A DNA stretch of 64,000 nucleotides from an uncultured bacterium (GTDB taxonomy: Bacteria; Oederibacteriota; PGYV01; CAWJRG01). The stretch covers positions 768,001 to 832,000 of the forward strand of contig CAWJRG010000010.1 in the NCBI GenBank assembly GCA_963845185.1, read 5' to 3'. Positions 42,638-52,401 of this stretch are shown here, piece by piece. Position numbers and translations under genes: made by a program. Position 1 is the first letter of the stretch. Each line of letters starts with the position of its first letter. Under the pieces are notes generated by a model, which did no database searches, had not been told where the DNA came from, and worked only from the letters and a program-made list of their open reading frames with translations.

Positions 42638-43522
42638 TTATTGCTCCCACATGGGTCTAAACATATACCATTCTTCAGGATATTGTATAATTATTTTTTC
42701 TGCTTCTGTAAAAATTGCCTGCGTTATTGTCTGTAAATCATTTTCCCTGGAGCCAGTTAGTTTATAATCAAGTATAGCACTAGGAACCCCATAAAACCAG
42801 TCATTTTCACGCATAAGATAACCGACTATTATCTTGGCGCCTGTTTTCAAGGCAAGCCTAGCTGCGGCTGAAGCAACATAAGTCTTTTTTCCAAAAAAAT
42901 CTACCATAACCCTGCTTATATCGGTATTGGGCAGGGGCCGGTCAACGAGTACGTTTAATATACAGTTGTTTTCGAGACAGGAATAGGCATCCCTTAAGTT
43001 TTTATTAGGAAGTATCAAGTTAATGCCGTAATTTTTTCTCGATTCCTCTATAAATTTTGAATAACCGCCGCCAAGGTCATCAACGATTGCCCAAACAGGG
43101 ACTTTTTTATTAAAATAAGAGGCTATTGTTATGCCTGCAATATCCCAGTTTGAAAAATGTAATGTGGCAATAATAAGTCCTTTTTTAAAATTAAGCGCAT
43201 GTTCTATTTCAGCCACGCCTTTACCACGCATCTCAGGAATCCTGCCGGATTTTAGAATTTTATCTATATAAAGAAACTCCACGTTAAATTTGCCATAATT
43301 AGTAAAATTGTCATTCATCGTTTTATATATTTCCGCAGGGGTAGCCTGCCTGCCGAATTTTTTTTGTAAAATAACTGAATAATTATTAAATACATTTTTT
43401 CTTTTCACTCCCCATATAAAAAAAATGAATTTTGTGATCGCACCGGCAACTCCATAAAGGAATTTTATCGGAAAAATTGATATGAATTTTGAAAAAAGTT
43501 TTAAAAAGAGATACATTATCAT
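42638..43522 (-). CDS. Lipid acyltransferase, PatA/LpxL family (copy 2)
   Basis: LHFSNWD, VLVDR, VDFFG, AARLALKTGA, YPEEWYMFRPMW. Confidence 0.8.
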   Translation of the reverse strand: MIMYLFLKLFSKFISIFPIKFLYGVAGAITKFIFFIWGVKRKNVFNNYSVILQKKFGRQATPAEIYKTMNDNFTNYGKFNVEFLYIDKILKSGRIPEMRGKGVAEIEHALNFKKGLIIATLHFSNWDIAGITIASYFNKKVPVWAIVDDLGGGYSKFIEESRKNYGINLILPNKNLRDAYSCLENNCILNVLVDRPLPNTDISRVMVDFFGKKTYVASAAARLALKTGAKIIVGYLMRENDWFYGVPSAILDYKLTGSRENDLQTITQAIFTEAEKIIIQYPEEWYMFRPMWEQ

Positions 43523-44649
43523 TCAGCGCTCCATATTTTCTTATAATATTGTATGTTCATTTTTGCTATTTTCTCCCAAGTGAAATTACGCGCCTTTATA
43601 ATGCCATTCGCGCCGATTTTTTTTCTTAATGATCTGTTGCTTATAAGAATATCAAGTTTATCGTAAAGGTCAGCTACATCCCTGCTTTTTGCAAGCAAAC
43701 CGTCTTTGTTATTGGAAACAACGTCATTATAACCAGGTATATCAAAAGCTACAACTGGGATACCGGTAGCCATAGCTTCAAGAAGAACTATTCCAAAGCT
43801 TTCCCCAAAAATTGCTGGTGAGCAAAAGATATCAGCACTTGAATAATAGCGGGGTAAATCTTTTATAGAAACAAAACCTTCGAAATGAACATCCTGTAAC
43901 TTGTTCTTCCCGACGAATTTTTTATAAAGGTTAAGTAAAGGACCTCGGCCAACGATTATCAGACGTATATTTTCATATTTAGTTAAAAGCTTTTTGTAAG
44001 ATTCTAGCAAATAAATAAGACCTTTTCTTTTTTCTATCCTTCCAACAAACAATATATTTATTTTTTTATCATCATACTTTTTAATTTTTTTATTTTTTCG
44101 TTTAAAACGTTTTATACTGACTCCGTTTGGTATTATTTCAACTTCGCCATTAAAATATTTAGCAATACTCCGTTTTGCGGAAGGAGAAACAGCTATTTTG
44201 CCGTGTAAACGTTTCCATAAAGGATATAAAAAACCTCTGCTTAATTTATAAAATAGGTTAGAATTAAAATTGGCATGAAAAGTAGCAATGTTTGTAGATT
44301 TTGAATATTTGATTATTTCATGCGATAAAAAAGGCACAAAAGGCTCCTGAAAATGTATGATATCAAAATTGTAATTATCCAGTATTTTTTTTGTTCTGCT
44401 TTTACCTATAAATAATATAATCCTTCCTGTAGAGCCATTGACAAAAAAAGGAACTCCTTTTCCTATTCGTATTACATCTTCTTCATCTATGCTATGTCCG
44501 CTGAAATGGCCTGTTATAATCTTAACAAAATATCCCATTTTCTTATATTCCTTTTTTAAATGATATACATATTCCTGTACACCTCCGGGTAAAGGGTAAT
44601 AATAAGGGGTAACTATCGCGATTTTTTTGAACAATTTCTTTTTAGTCAT
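43519..44649 (-). CDS. pimA: GT4 phosphatidylinositol mannosyltransferase, PimA-like
   Basis: PY...PGGVQ, HFQEP, ATFH, GESFGIVLLEAMA; operon context. Confidence 0.75.
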   Translation of the reverse strand: MTKKKLFKKIAIVTPYYYPLPGGVQEYVYHLKKEYKKMGYFVKIITGHFSGHSIDEEDVIRIGKGVPFFVNGSTGRIILFIGKSRTKKILDNYNFDIIHFQEPFVPFLSHEIIKYSKSTNIATFHANFNSNLFYKLSRGFLYPLWKRLHGKIAVSPSAKRSIAKYFNGEVEIIPNGVSIKRFKRKNKKIKKYDDKKINILFVGRIEKRKGLIYLLESYKKLLTKYENIRLIIVGRGPLLNLYKKFVGKNKLQDVHFEGFVSIKDLPRYYSSADIFCSPAIFGESFGIVLLEAMATGIPVVAFDIPGYNDVVSNNKDGLLAKSRDVADLYDKLDILISNRSLRKKIGANGIIKARNFTWEKIAKMNIQYYKKIWSAE

Positions 44650-45502
44650 ATTTTATCCATACTTTTTGAAGCATGCACCATTGCTCCGGGTATTGGTTTA
44701 TTATCTTTTCCATTTCAATAATGATTTCTTTTGACAGTTTTTCCACATTTTCCTGTGATTTTTCCAGCATTTCAAGATTAAGAATTTTTTTAGTATTAAT
44801 AGCCGGTATAAAATAAAATGGATTTTCTTGCCTAAGCATGCCGCCAAAAATAATAGGGCTTTTATGAGCAAGGGCAAGCTTCGCAGGTCCACTCGGTATA
44901 TAAGCTTTATTGCCGAAAAAATCAAGTATCAGGCCATTTTTATCGAGATCCCTGTCTGATAGAAGTACAAGTATTTCATTATGTTTTAAAGCGTTTAGCA
45001 TCGATTTTATATCATTTGATTCTATTACTTTCATACCAAAACGCTCGCGTGTTTCCTTAAACCAGCGAAAAGCGCCGGATGATAATTTTTCAACAACAAC
45101 ATTAGTCCTGCCTGGAAAAAGGCTGGCTAAAAAAGATCCGCCCAAGTCCCAATTGCCTATATGCGTACTTATCCCAATAAGTCCATGGCCATTTTCAAGT
45201 AATCCGCTTATAAAGTTAAAAGTTGCTTTAAATATATTTTGGTCTGATATTGCATTTAAAAGAATTTCTTTTTTGCAGAAAAGGTCAAAGTAGTAACGGC
45301 CGTAGTTTTTGTAAATCTCTGCCAAAATTTTATCCGGTACATCAGTGGCGTTTAAAACAAAACAAATATTCTTTTTTAAAGTATGTTTTTTAATTTTTGA
45401 AAAGAAAAAAAGGATTAATGCGATTTTCTCAAAAATAAAATATCCCGCCTTACGCGGGATATTCTTTAAAATAAATTCTGATATTTTAAAAATAAAATAC
45501 AT
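44642..45502 (-). CDS. Lipid acyltransferase, PatA-like (copy 1)
   Basis: THIGNWDLGG, LLSDRDL, FFG..A.IPSGPAKLAL, PEQWCMLQKVW. Confidence 0.8.
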   Translation of the reverse strand: MYFIFKISEFILKNIPRKAGYFIFEKIALILFFFSKIKKHTLKKNICFVLNATDVPDKILAEIYKNYGRYYFDLFCKKEILLNAISDQNIFKATFNFISGLLENGHGLIGISTHIGNWDLGGSFLASLFPGRTNVVVEKLSSGAFRWFKETRERFGMKVIESNDIKSMLNALKHNEILVLLSDRDLDKNGLILDFFGNKAYIPSGPAKLALAHKSPIIFGGMLRQENPFYFIPAINTKKILNLEMLEKSQENVEKLSKEIIIEMEKIINQYPEQWCMLQKVWIKYD

Positions 45503-46594
45503 TTATTTTTTGTGTTTTTTTGTATTACCGTCAATAAATTCAGCAACCATTCTTTTTGCAGTCGTATCTGAATATTGTTTCGGAGGGGTCTTCATGAAAT
45601 AGGCACACGGGCCTTCAAGGATGCCACCGATTTTTCTATCCAATGCTATTTTTGCGCACCGAATAGCATCTATTATTACGCCTGCGCTGTTTGGCGAATC
45701 CCATACTTCAAGTTTAAGCTCCACATTTAAAGGAACATCGCCAAAATTTGTGCCCTCGAGCCTGATATAAGCCCATTTTCTGTCTTCCAGCCACGGGATA
45801 TGGTCGCTCGGGCCTACATGTACGTCGGTTTTTTCATTTATTTCATTCTGCAACTGGCTTAGGACAGAATTTGTTTTTGATATTTTTTTTGAATACAGCC
45901 TTTCTCTTTCAAGCATGTTCATAAAATCCATATTACCGCCAAAATTGATCTGATAGGTTCGCAATATTTTTACGCCCCTGTCGCCGAATAATTTTGTGAG
46001 AACCCTGTGAACTATAGTTGCGCCGACCTGTGATTTTATATCATCGCCTATGATAGGCACACCAGCATCCTTAAATCTCTGCGCTGATTCTTTATTAGAG
46101 GCAATAAATACAGGTATAGCATTAATAAATGCAACTTTTGACTTAAGAGCTTCTTCGGCATAATACCTTGTTGCTTTTTCAGAACCAACAGGAAGGTAAC
46201 TTATAAAAACATCTGTTTTTGTTTCTTTTAATACTGCGGCAATATCAACAGGTTTTTTTGGAGATTCAATGATAACCTGTCGATAATATTTTCCAAGGCC
46301 GTCAAATGTATGCCCGCGCAGTACTTTTACTCCAGTTTTTGGAATTTTTGCGAATTCAATGGTATTATTCGGGAAGCTTGCAAGAGCATCTTTTGTATCT
46401 TTACCAACTTTATTTATATCAACATCAAACGCGGCAACAAGCTCAATATCCTTTACCCTGTAACCGCCAAGGTTTGCATTCATAAGACCCGGAACAAATT
46501 CTTCATCTTTCACATTTTTATAGTATTCAAGACCCTGCACAAGAGAAGAAGCACAGTTGCCCGTCCCGGCAATTGCAATTCTTATTTTTCCCAT
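45503..46594 (-). CDS. ino1: myo-inositol-1-phosphate synthase
   Basis: [49 protein letters not shown]. Confidence 0.96.
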   Translation of the reverse strand: MGKIRIAIAGTGNCASSLVQGLEYYKNVKDEEFVPGLMNANLGGYRVKDIELVAAFDVDINKVGKDTKDALASFPNNTIEFAKIPKTGVKVLRGHTFDGLGKYYRQVIIESPKKPVDIAAVLKETKTDVFISYLPVGSEKATRYYAEEALKSKVAFINAIPVFIASNKESAQRFKDAGVPIIGDDIKSQVGATIVHRVLTKLFGDRGVKILRTYQINFGGNMDFMNMLERERLYSKKISKTNSVLSQLQNEINEKTDVHVGPSDHIPWLEDRKWAYIRLEGTNFGDVPLNVELKLEVWDSPNSAGVIIDAIRCAKIALDRKIGGILEGPCAYFMKTPPKQYSDTTAKRMVAEFIDGNTKKHKK

Positions 46595-46619
46595 CTTAGT
46601 AAAACCTCCTTTTAGCGCC

Positions 46620-47222
46620 TTAATCATTATTCAAATTTTTTGTTTTAACAAAAACCCACCAAACTCTCTGAATAACTGTTATAAAAGAAAAAAATCCTAT
46701 TACTAACATTGCTTCAAAAATTCTGTTAATCAGCAAGCCAATAATAAAAATTATTAACCTTTCGGGACGCGTAAAAACTCCCACTTCGCAGTCTATTTTT
46801 AAAGCACCTGCCCTTGAACGAGTGTAACTAATCAAGAAAGATAAAAACATCACTATGTATGAAAGGATAATACCATACCGCGAATCTAAATTTACATAAT
46901 GCATTAAAACCGCAAAATATAAGATTCCCTCTGATAATCTGTCAACCGTAGAATCAAGGAAACCGCCAAACTTGGTCTTTTTATTCATTTTGCGCGCAAG
47001 TACACCGTCCAGCATATCAAAAATACTACCCAAAAGCACTATAACAGCAGCTAAAATGAAATTGCCCTTAATAATATAAAAGGCGCCGACGCAAGTTATG
47101 ATAAAACCCAACCATGTAACGGCATTTGGAGTAAAGCCTGCCTTACTCAAAAGAACAATTATAGGCGCGAGAATTTTCTCGCTAAAACCTTTTAAATTAT
47201 CACGTAATTTTTGGTAAGCCAT
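46620..47222 (-). CDS. pgsA: CDP-alcohol phosphatidyltransferase (phosphatidylinositol-phosphate synthase-like)
   Basis: [37 protein letters not shown]; adjacent to ino1. Confidence 0.88.
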   Translation of the reverse strand: MAYQKLRDNLKGFSEKILAPIIVLLSKAGFTPNAVTWLGFIITCVGAFYIIKGNFILAAVIVLLGSIFDMLDGVLARKMNKKTKFGGFLDSTVDRLSEGILYFAVLMHYVNLDSRYGIILSYIVMFLSFLISYTRSRAGALKIDCEVGVFTRPERLIIFIIGLLINRIFEAMLVIGFFSFITVIQRVWWVFVKTKNLNND

Positions 47223-47295
47223 TTTTAGGCAATAAATATCTCCTAAAACATTATAATCAAAAAGTGTTTAATTTATTAAGAAAACAACGAGGTCT

Positions 47296-47324
47296 GTTAT
47301 AACACCAATTATAATTTTTGTCAA
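47296..47324 (-). promoter_or_regulatory. sigma70 promoter for pgsA-ino1 operon
   Basis: TTGACA-17-TATAAC on minus strand. Confidence 0.65.
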
Positions 47325-47358
47325 TAAAAATTCATTAGCCCAGATTACTCCATCGTGG

Positions 47359-47520
47359 AACTCCTCGCAGATGCGATTAAGCCTTTGTATCTTCACTATT
47401 TAGGCGAGGTGGGGACCAGACACCGCAACTAATGCTGCTCTGATCATATTCCATGGCGCCGGGTATAGATTCATCCTTCTGAAAAGCAAAGGTTAAAAAC
47501 AGCTTCAACTGCGAGGGTCG
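47359..47520 (-). ncRNA. ssrS: Probable 6S RNA (rod-like structured RNA)
   Basis: GC-rich intergenic segment; nested pairings CCTCGCAG/CTGCGAGG, CCTTTG/CAAAGG, GATCAGA/TCTGGTC, GCAGC/GTTGC; central unpaired region; TACAAT upstream on minus strand; strand not certain. Confidence 0.55.
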
Positions 47521-47605
47521 GACATTGTAGATAGTTGCAATTACGCCATTAAATTGTCATGACATATATAATTTAATGAGGATAATTAATTATTTTATGA
47601 GAGGG

Positions 47606-49132
47606 TTATTTTGGAGAGGTTTTTGTAATAAGTTTTAATTTAATTTCCGCACGCCGGTTTACAAAACGTTCTTCTTCGCTCTTGTTTGGTTTTAAAGGTT
47701 TTTTCTCGCCAAAACCCTTTAAAATAAATTTTGCGTCAATTAATTTATGCCTTACAACAAGATAATTTTTTACCGATTTTGCTCTCGCAGTCGATAATTC
47801 ATAATTTGACGGGTAACGTTTTGTATGAATAGGTATATTATCGGTATGGCCATCAACAGCAATATAAGAAAATTTATATTTTTTAATGATTTTTGAGATT
47901 TCATCAAGTACTGCAAAATATTCCTCTTTGATATTTGCGGAACCGCTGTCAAAATGAATAGTAGGATAAAATAAAATATAATTGCCTTTTTTTACGGCTT
48001 TAACTGCCAATTGGTTTTCGGGTATTACTTCTGGCGTTGCTTCCGGCTGCATGGTAACAACTGTTTCCGGCCTAGTAGGTATTGCAACCGCAGTAATTGA
48101 CGAGGCAACTGGGGATGACTTTACAGCGAAAACATTTTCAACGTTTTCTTTATGTATAGGTTGTGCAACAGGCGGAGCTGTTGGAACCGCAGTTGGCAAA
48201 GGATTTTCCAATACTCTATACAGCCAGGAAGGAGAAACACCGCCGCCGTTTGATATTCTCTGCTGATTTGAACCATCATTATTCATAGTCCATAATTCGG
48301 GCTGGTACTTATCGTTTCGTGCGCTTGAGAAAACGATAAGGTTTCCATCGTGAGAAAAACAAGGTGAATCGCTTCTGCCGTCAAATGTTAATTGAAGTTT
48401 CTGGGTTGCCCCTATATCAAGCGACCAAATATTAGAAACATCTTCATCCAGGACAGTAAATGCTATTTTATTTCCGGCAGGAGACCACGCCGGTGAAGCC
48501 GCAATTTTATTCAATAAATTTGTCAGGGGAGAATCCTGCAAACTGTAAAGATCCTTAATATATAAATTATAAGTATTCATTTTTTCAATCCTTGAAAAAA
48601 CAAGTTTATTGTCTTTTGAAAGAGCAGGGGATATGCAATCATGCGAAGCAGTTAAAGCTTCCTGATTATAGCCATCCCTGGTAATTTTCCACAATTCTTT
48701 GTTCCTTGAATAAATAATAAAAGACGAATCTGTGCTCCAAATAGGCGCATTATGTATGCCGAAATTCTGTATATCGCCCTCAACAGTATCTTCATCGAAG
48801 GTCAGCTGATAAGGCCTGCCTGTCTTAAAATCGCCGACCCAGAGGTTATAACTATTTTTGGTTTTAGCCCAATACGCGACATAAAACCCGTCGGGCGATG
48901 CAGAAGGGAACCATTTGCTGTTATTATCCGAAAATATTTCCTCACGCCCGGTACCGTCTGTATTTGACCAAAATAAATCGCCTTTATAAGTAAATAATAT
49001 TTTTTCCATATGCGGTATTGGCGTCATGGTTGGTACAGGAGTAGGCAGTGCTTTTTGCCTTTTCCTTTCACACGCGGGGAAAAGGCATAAAATAAGCAGT
49101 ATATTGATTATAATAATAAATTTATTTTTCAT
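47606..49132 (-). CDS. Lipoprotein: TolB-like PD40 propeller, Pro/Thr linker, OmpA domain
   Basis: FPAC lipobox; SPAWSP repeats; DGHTD..LSTARA..NRRAEI. Confidence 0.82.
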   Translation of the reverse strand: MKNKFIIIINILLILCLFPACERKRQKALPTPVPTMTPIPHMEKILFTYKGDLFWSNTDGTGREEIFSDNNSKWFPSASPDGFYVAYWAKTKNSYNLWVGDFKTGRPYQLTFDEDTVEGDIQNFGIHNAPIWSTDSSFIIYSRNKELWKITRDGYNQEALTASHDCISPALSKDNKLVFSRIEKMNTYNLYIKDLYSLQDSPLTNLLNKIAASPAWSPAGNKIAFTVLDEDVSNIWSLDIGATQKLQLTFDGRSDSPCFSHDGNLIVFSSARNDKYQPELWTMNNDGSNQQRISNGGGVSPSWLYRVLENPLPTAVPTAPPVAQPIHKENVENVFAVKSSPVASSITAVAIPTRPETVVTMQPEATPEVIPENQLAVKAVKKGNYILFYPTIHFDSGSANIKEEYFAVLDEISKIIKKYKFSYIAVDGHTDNIPIHTKRYPSNYELSTARAKSVKNYLVVRHKLIDAKFILKGFGEKKPLKPNKSEEERFVNRRAEIKLKLITKTSPK

Positions 49133-50198
49133 CTGGACTACCTGAATCTTCTATAATGGAACTGTTTGTTTTTATTTCTGCAAGTACAGGGAAATAAGAT
49201 TTAAAATAATAAGTGAGGCGTATGCTTTCCTTTGTCGAATTAATATTTGTCTTATAAATATCATTGCCTTCAACATAAAGCATGTAATTTCCGTCAGGGA
49301 ACCAAAAAGGGCTAAACCCGCCGTTAAAAGTGATTTGTTTTTCTGAAGAACCGTCAATTTTGGTTATCCATATATTAGGGCCTTTGTTGACATCAGATAT
49401 ATAAGCAATATAATTTTGCTTAATATCTTTGCTGTTTCTGCTCCAGGTTATGTCATTATTAGGGTAATAAGTTTCCTTAATAAATTTATTGTCCAGGCCT
49501 ATATGCGTTATTGTGCATATTCCCCTGTTATTAAAATAGGCTATGTTGCTGTCGTCTCCCCAGTCAAAAGAAGGGGTTATTATATCGCTGGCTACTATTT
49601 TGTTCATATTTGTGCCGTCCGCCAGCATGCTCCACAAGCCGTTGTGAAGTTTTGTTTTTTCCCTTGAAAAGATAATTTTTTCGCCTTCAGGCGAAAGCCT
49701 GAACATGCTTACATCGTGTGTGCCTGTCAGCACAGACGGGGTTTCGCCGGTTTTGTCAATCGTCCAAATATCGCCTTTTTTCAAGAATATCACATTGTTT
49801 GAATCCTTTGACCAGCCTATCTGTCCACGGTTGTATAAATCTATAATTGTTATATTTTCTTTGTCGTTGGTAAGAGGCTTCTGTCCTGTGCCGTCAAAAT
49901 TCATCAGCCATAAATTAATAAACCCCGACCTGTCGGAATAAAAGGCTATTTTTGCCCCGTCAGGCGATATTGCAGGGCACCAGTTATTTTTTTCCTTTGT
50001 CAGAACGTTTTTATCCTCGCCGTTTACACTCATGCTGCCTATCTGCAGAAAATACTTGCTGTCTTCCATAACATAAAAAATGAGTGTTTTATAATTCGAA
50101 GCTTGTATTTTTTCGGTTTCCGGCTGGCCAAACAGAAAAAATGGAATAAGGAGGAAGGTGATAATTAAAAGAAAATTAAATTTTGATTTTATGTTCAT
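49122..50198 (-). CDS. TolB-like PD40 beta-propeller protein
   Basis: PAISPDGAKIAFYSDRSG, SPFWFPDG; signal peptide. Confidence 0.8.
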   Translation of the reverse strand: MNIKSKFNFLLIITFLLIPFFLFGQPETEKIQASNYKTLIFYVMEDSKYFLQIGSMSVNGEDKNVLTKEKNNWCPAISPDGAKIAFYSDRSGFINLWLMNFDGTGQKPLTNDKENITIIDLYNRGQIGWSKDSNNVIFLKKGDIWTIDKTGETPSVLTGTHDVSMFRLSPEGEKIIFSREKTKLHNGLWSMLADGTNMNKIVASDIITPSFDWGDDSNIAYFNNRGICTITHIGLDNKFIKETYYPNNDITWSRNSKDIKQNYIAYISDVNKGPNIWITKIDGSSEKQITFNGGFSPFWFPDGNYMLYVEGNDIYKTNINSTKESIRLTYYFKSYFPVLAEIKTNSSIIEDSGSPDEK

Positions 50199-50537
50199 TT
50201 TCTCCTCATCGGCTTTTATACTAAAACATAACGTGCATATTTAATTCTATTTAAATCATAGTATATTCTATTCATTTATAAAGTCAAGAATTATTTGAAT
50301 TTGAAAGGTTTTATCGAATTTAAGACATTTATACAAAAAATTGACATAAAATCAGCAATTCAAAATACTGACAAATTTTCAATTTTACAAATATCCGTCA
50401 CAAACCCGGAATAAATCAGGCGTTGAGTAAAGGTAAATAATAAAAACAAATTTAAAAAATAAAAAATTTGTTGTATAATAACAAACAGATATAGGTGCTT
50501 TTCATATTGTACAAAACCTTATTTTTAGGAGAAAATA

Positions 50538-51470
50538 ATGGGAAAAAGATTATTAATTTTAACCATAATATCTTTTTTATTTTTATGCATTTCCTGCAAA
50601 CAGCTAAACAGAAATAATCCTACTGACCCGAAAAGCAGCACATATATAGGCATAACATATGACGGGCAATTATCCAATACGTCAGGCGCGACTATAAGGG
50701 CGATGAACATAAACAGCGGCTTAATAACCTTCGGAGCTTATACCACATACGCAAGCATAGGGGATTGTGTAATTGAAATACTTGGAAGCCAACAACTGGT
50801 ATACATAGGAACGACGGGCAATGTCATTGGGACTTTTGCCGATATAACAGACATGTGCAACGACGGAAGCGGGGATTTATTTGTAACAGACAACAAAAGT
50901 GCCGTGCAGATAATCGACCCTCAATATAACTTTCATTATTTTAATGTTACGGCAACAAGCGTGTCTACATTATATTTAGCATGTTATCAGAACAGCATTT
51001 ACCTTGCCAATACTTCGGACAAGACAATACAAATTTATGGCGGAGGTAGTCCCACAAACCTAGACATATACAACATGACTAATTCAGTTTCAGTGACGGT
51101 TACAGCCAACGGCTATTTTTCCCCGGGCAGGATATTTACTTCGGCAAATTATATCTTTGTCGTGAACAGTTTGAATAAAAAGGAAGTTTTAAAGTTAAGC
51201 CATGGATCTCTGGCAATGCAGGCAGACATAATATTCGGGGCGGATGTCATAGACGCGGCGCTATATTCAAACAATACAATCCAGCTTTTATCCGAGCAGG
51301 CTGTATATCAGATCAATGAAAACCTGTCGTTAGCCGGAGCGAAAGAATGGGGCAATTTTGGGCAGGGTGACGGGAGAGTCATTAACGGTCAGCTCATCGC
51401 TTATGATAACATAACAGGAAAAATTTACATACTTGACGGCACAGAAATAAAAATATTCGGGTCAAATTAA
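50538..51470 (+). CDS. Lipoprotein, probable beta-propeller
   Basis: CISC lipobox, NPTDP, WGNFGQGDG. Confidence 0.6.
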   Translation: MGKRLLILTIISFLFLCISCKQLNRNNPTDPKSSTYIGITYDGQLSNTSGATIRAMNINSGLITFGAYTTYASIGDCVIEILGSQQLVYIGTTGNVIGTFADITDMCNDGSGDLFVTDNKSAVQIIDPQYNFHYFNVTATSVSTLYLACYQNSIYLANTSDKTIQIYGGGSPTNLDIYNMTNSVSVTVTANGYFSPGRIFTSANYIFVVNSLNKKEVLKLSHGSLAMQADIIFGADVIDAALYSNNTIQLLSEQAVYQINENLSLAGAKEWGNFGQGDGRVINGQLIAYDNITGKIYILDGTEIKIFGSN

Positions 51471-52400
51471 ATGAAAAAAAGCATATTAACAGGAAGTCTT
51501 TTCATGTTTTTTTTAATTTCACAATATTTATATCCTGCAACATACAGCGCCGCTCAGCCGGCAAACGCTGGCTATTACACTGCCACAACTAAAACCACAG
51601 CAGTGCAGTTTTATAAGACAGCACCAGGCACTGTTCCCCAGCAAACTCCGGCAAATCAAAGTGCCGGCGGGTATGCAGCGCCGGCAACAAACACTACACA
51701 GGCCGCGTATGCACCCACTCAGCTCACAATGACTCCGGAACAAAAAGACGAACTCAGGGCTGAATATATGATTAAGGGCGACGAGCTTTTTAGGGCATAT
51801 AAGTACGATGAGGCAATAAGATATTATTACGCTGCAGTCAAAGTGCAGGACAATTATATGCGCGGCTGGAAACAAATGGCGTTTTGTTATTACCTACTTA
51901 AAAAACATCAGTACGCCTACTCGGCCTTTAAAAAAGTGCTTTCATTTGACCCGAACGACAAGGATGCAAAGGAATTCATGGATTATTACAATTCCATGAT
52001 TACAAAAGGCCAGAAAAAGCCGATAAAAAGGGAAATGTCCGATTCCTCATGGAGATCGGCAGTACTGCCCGGATGGGGTCAGATCTATAATAACCAGGTG
52101 TTAAAAGGACTTCTTTTTGGAAGCGGGTTTTTGATATCTGCAGGGCTTACTGTTTATGACATAGTTGATGAAAGGTCAAAATTCGACAAGTATGAAACGG
52201 CAAACGAGAACCTTGATATAGCATATAGCGCAGCGCAGGATGCCTATAACATGGCCTTGACCTTCGGCATTGCCACGGCTCTTATATGGATCGGCGGCAT
52301 GGTTGACGCGGCCTTAAATTATAACTGCGAGGAAGCAAGGTCAGTGGATGTGACACTTAAAAACAACACAATTTTTCTTTGCGAGACAATCCGGTTTTAA
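51471..52400 (+). CDS. TPR + DUF5683-like membrane protein
   Basis: Signal peptide, Ala/Thr/Pro linker, TPRs, RSAVLPGWGQIYN. Confidence 0.7.
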   Translation: MKKSILTGSLFMFFLISQYLYPATYSAAQPANAGYYTATTKTTAVQFYKTAPGTVPQQTPANQSAGGYAAPATNTTQAAYAPTQLTMTPEQKDELRAEYMIKGDELFRAYKYDEAIRYYYAAVKVQDNYMRGWKQMAFCYYLLKKHQYAYSAFKKVLSFDPNDKDAKEFMDYYNSMITKGQKKPIKREMSDSSWRSAVLPGWGQIYNNQVLKGLLFGSGFLISAGLTVYDIVDERSKFDKYETANENLDIAYSAAQDAYNMALTFGIATALIWIGGMVDAALNYNCEEARSVDVTLKNNTIFLCETIRF

Positions 52401-52401
52401 T

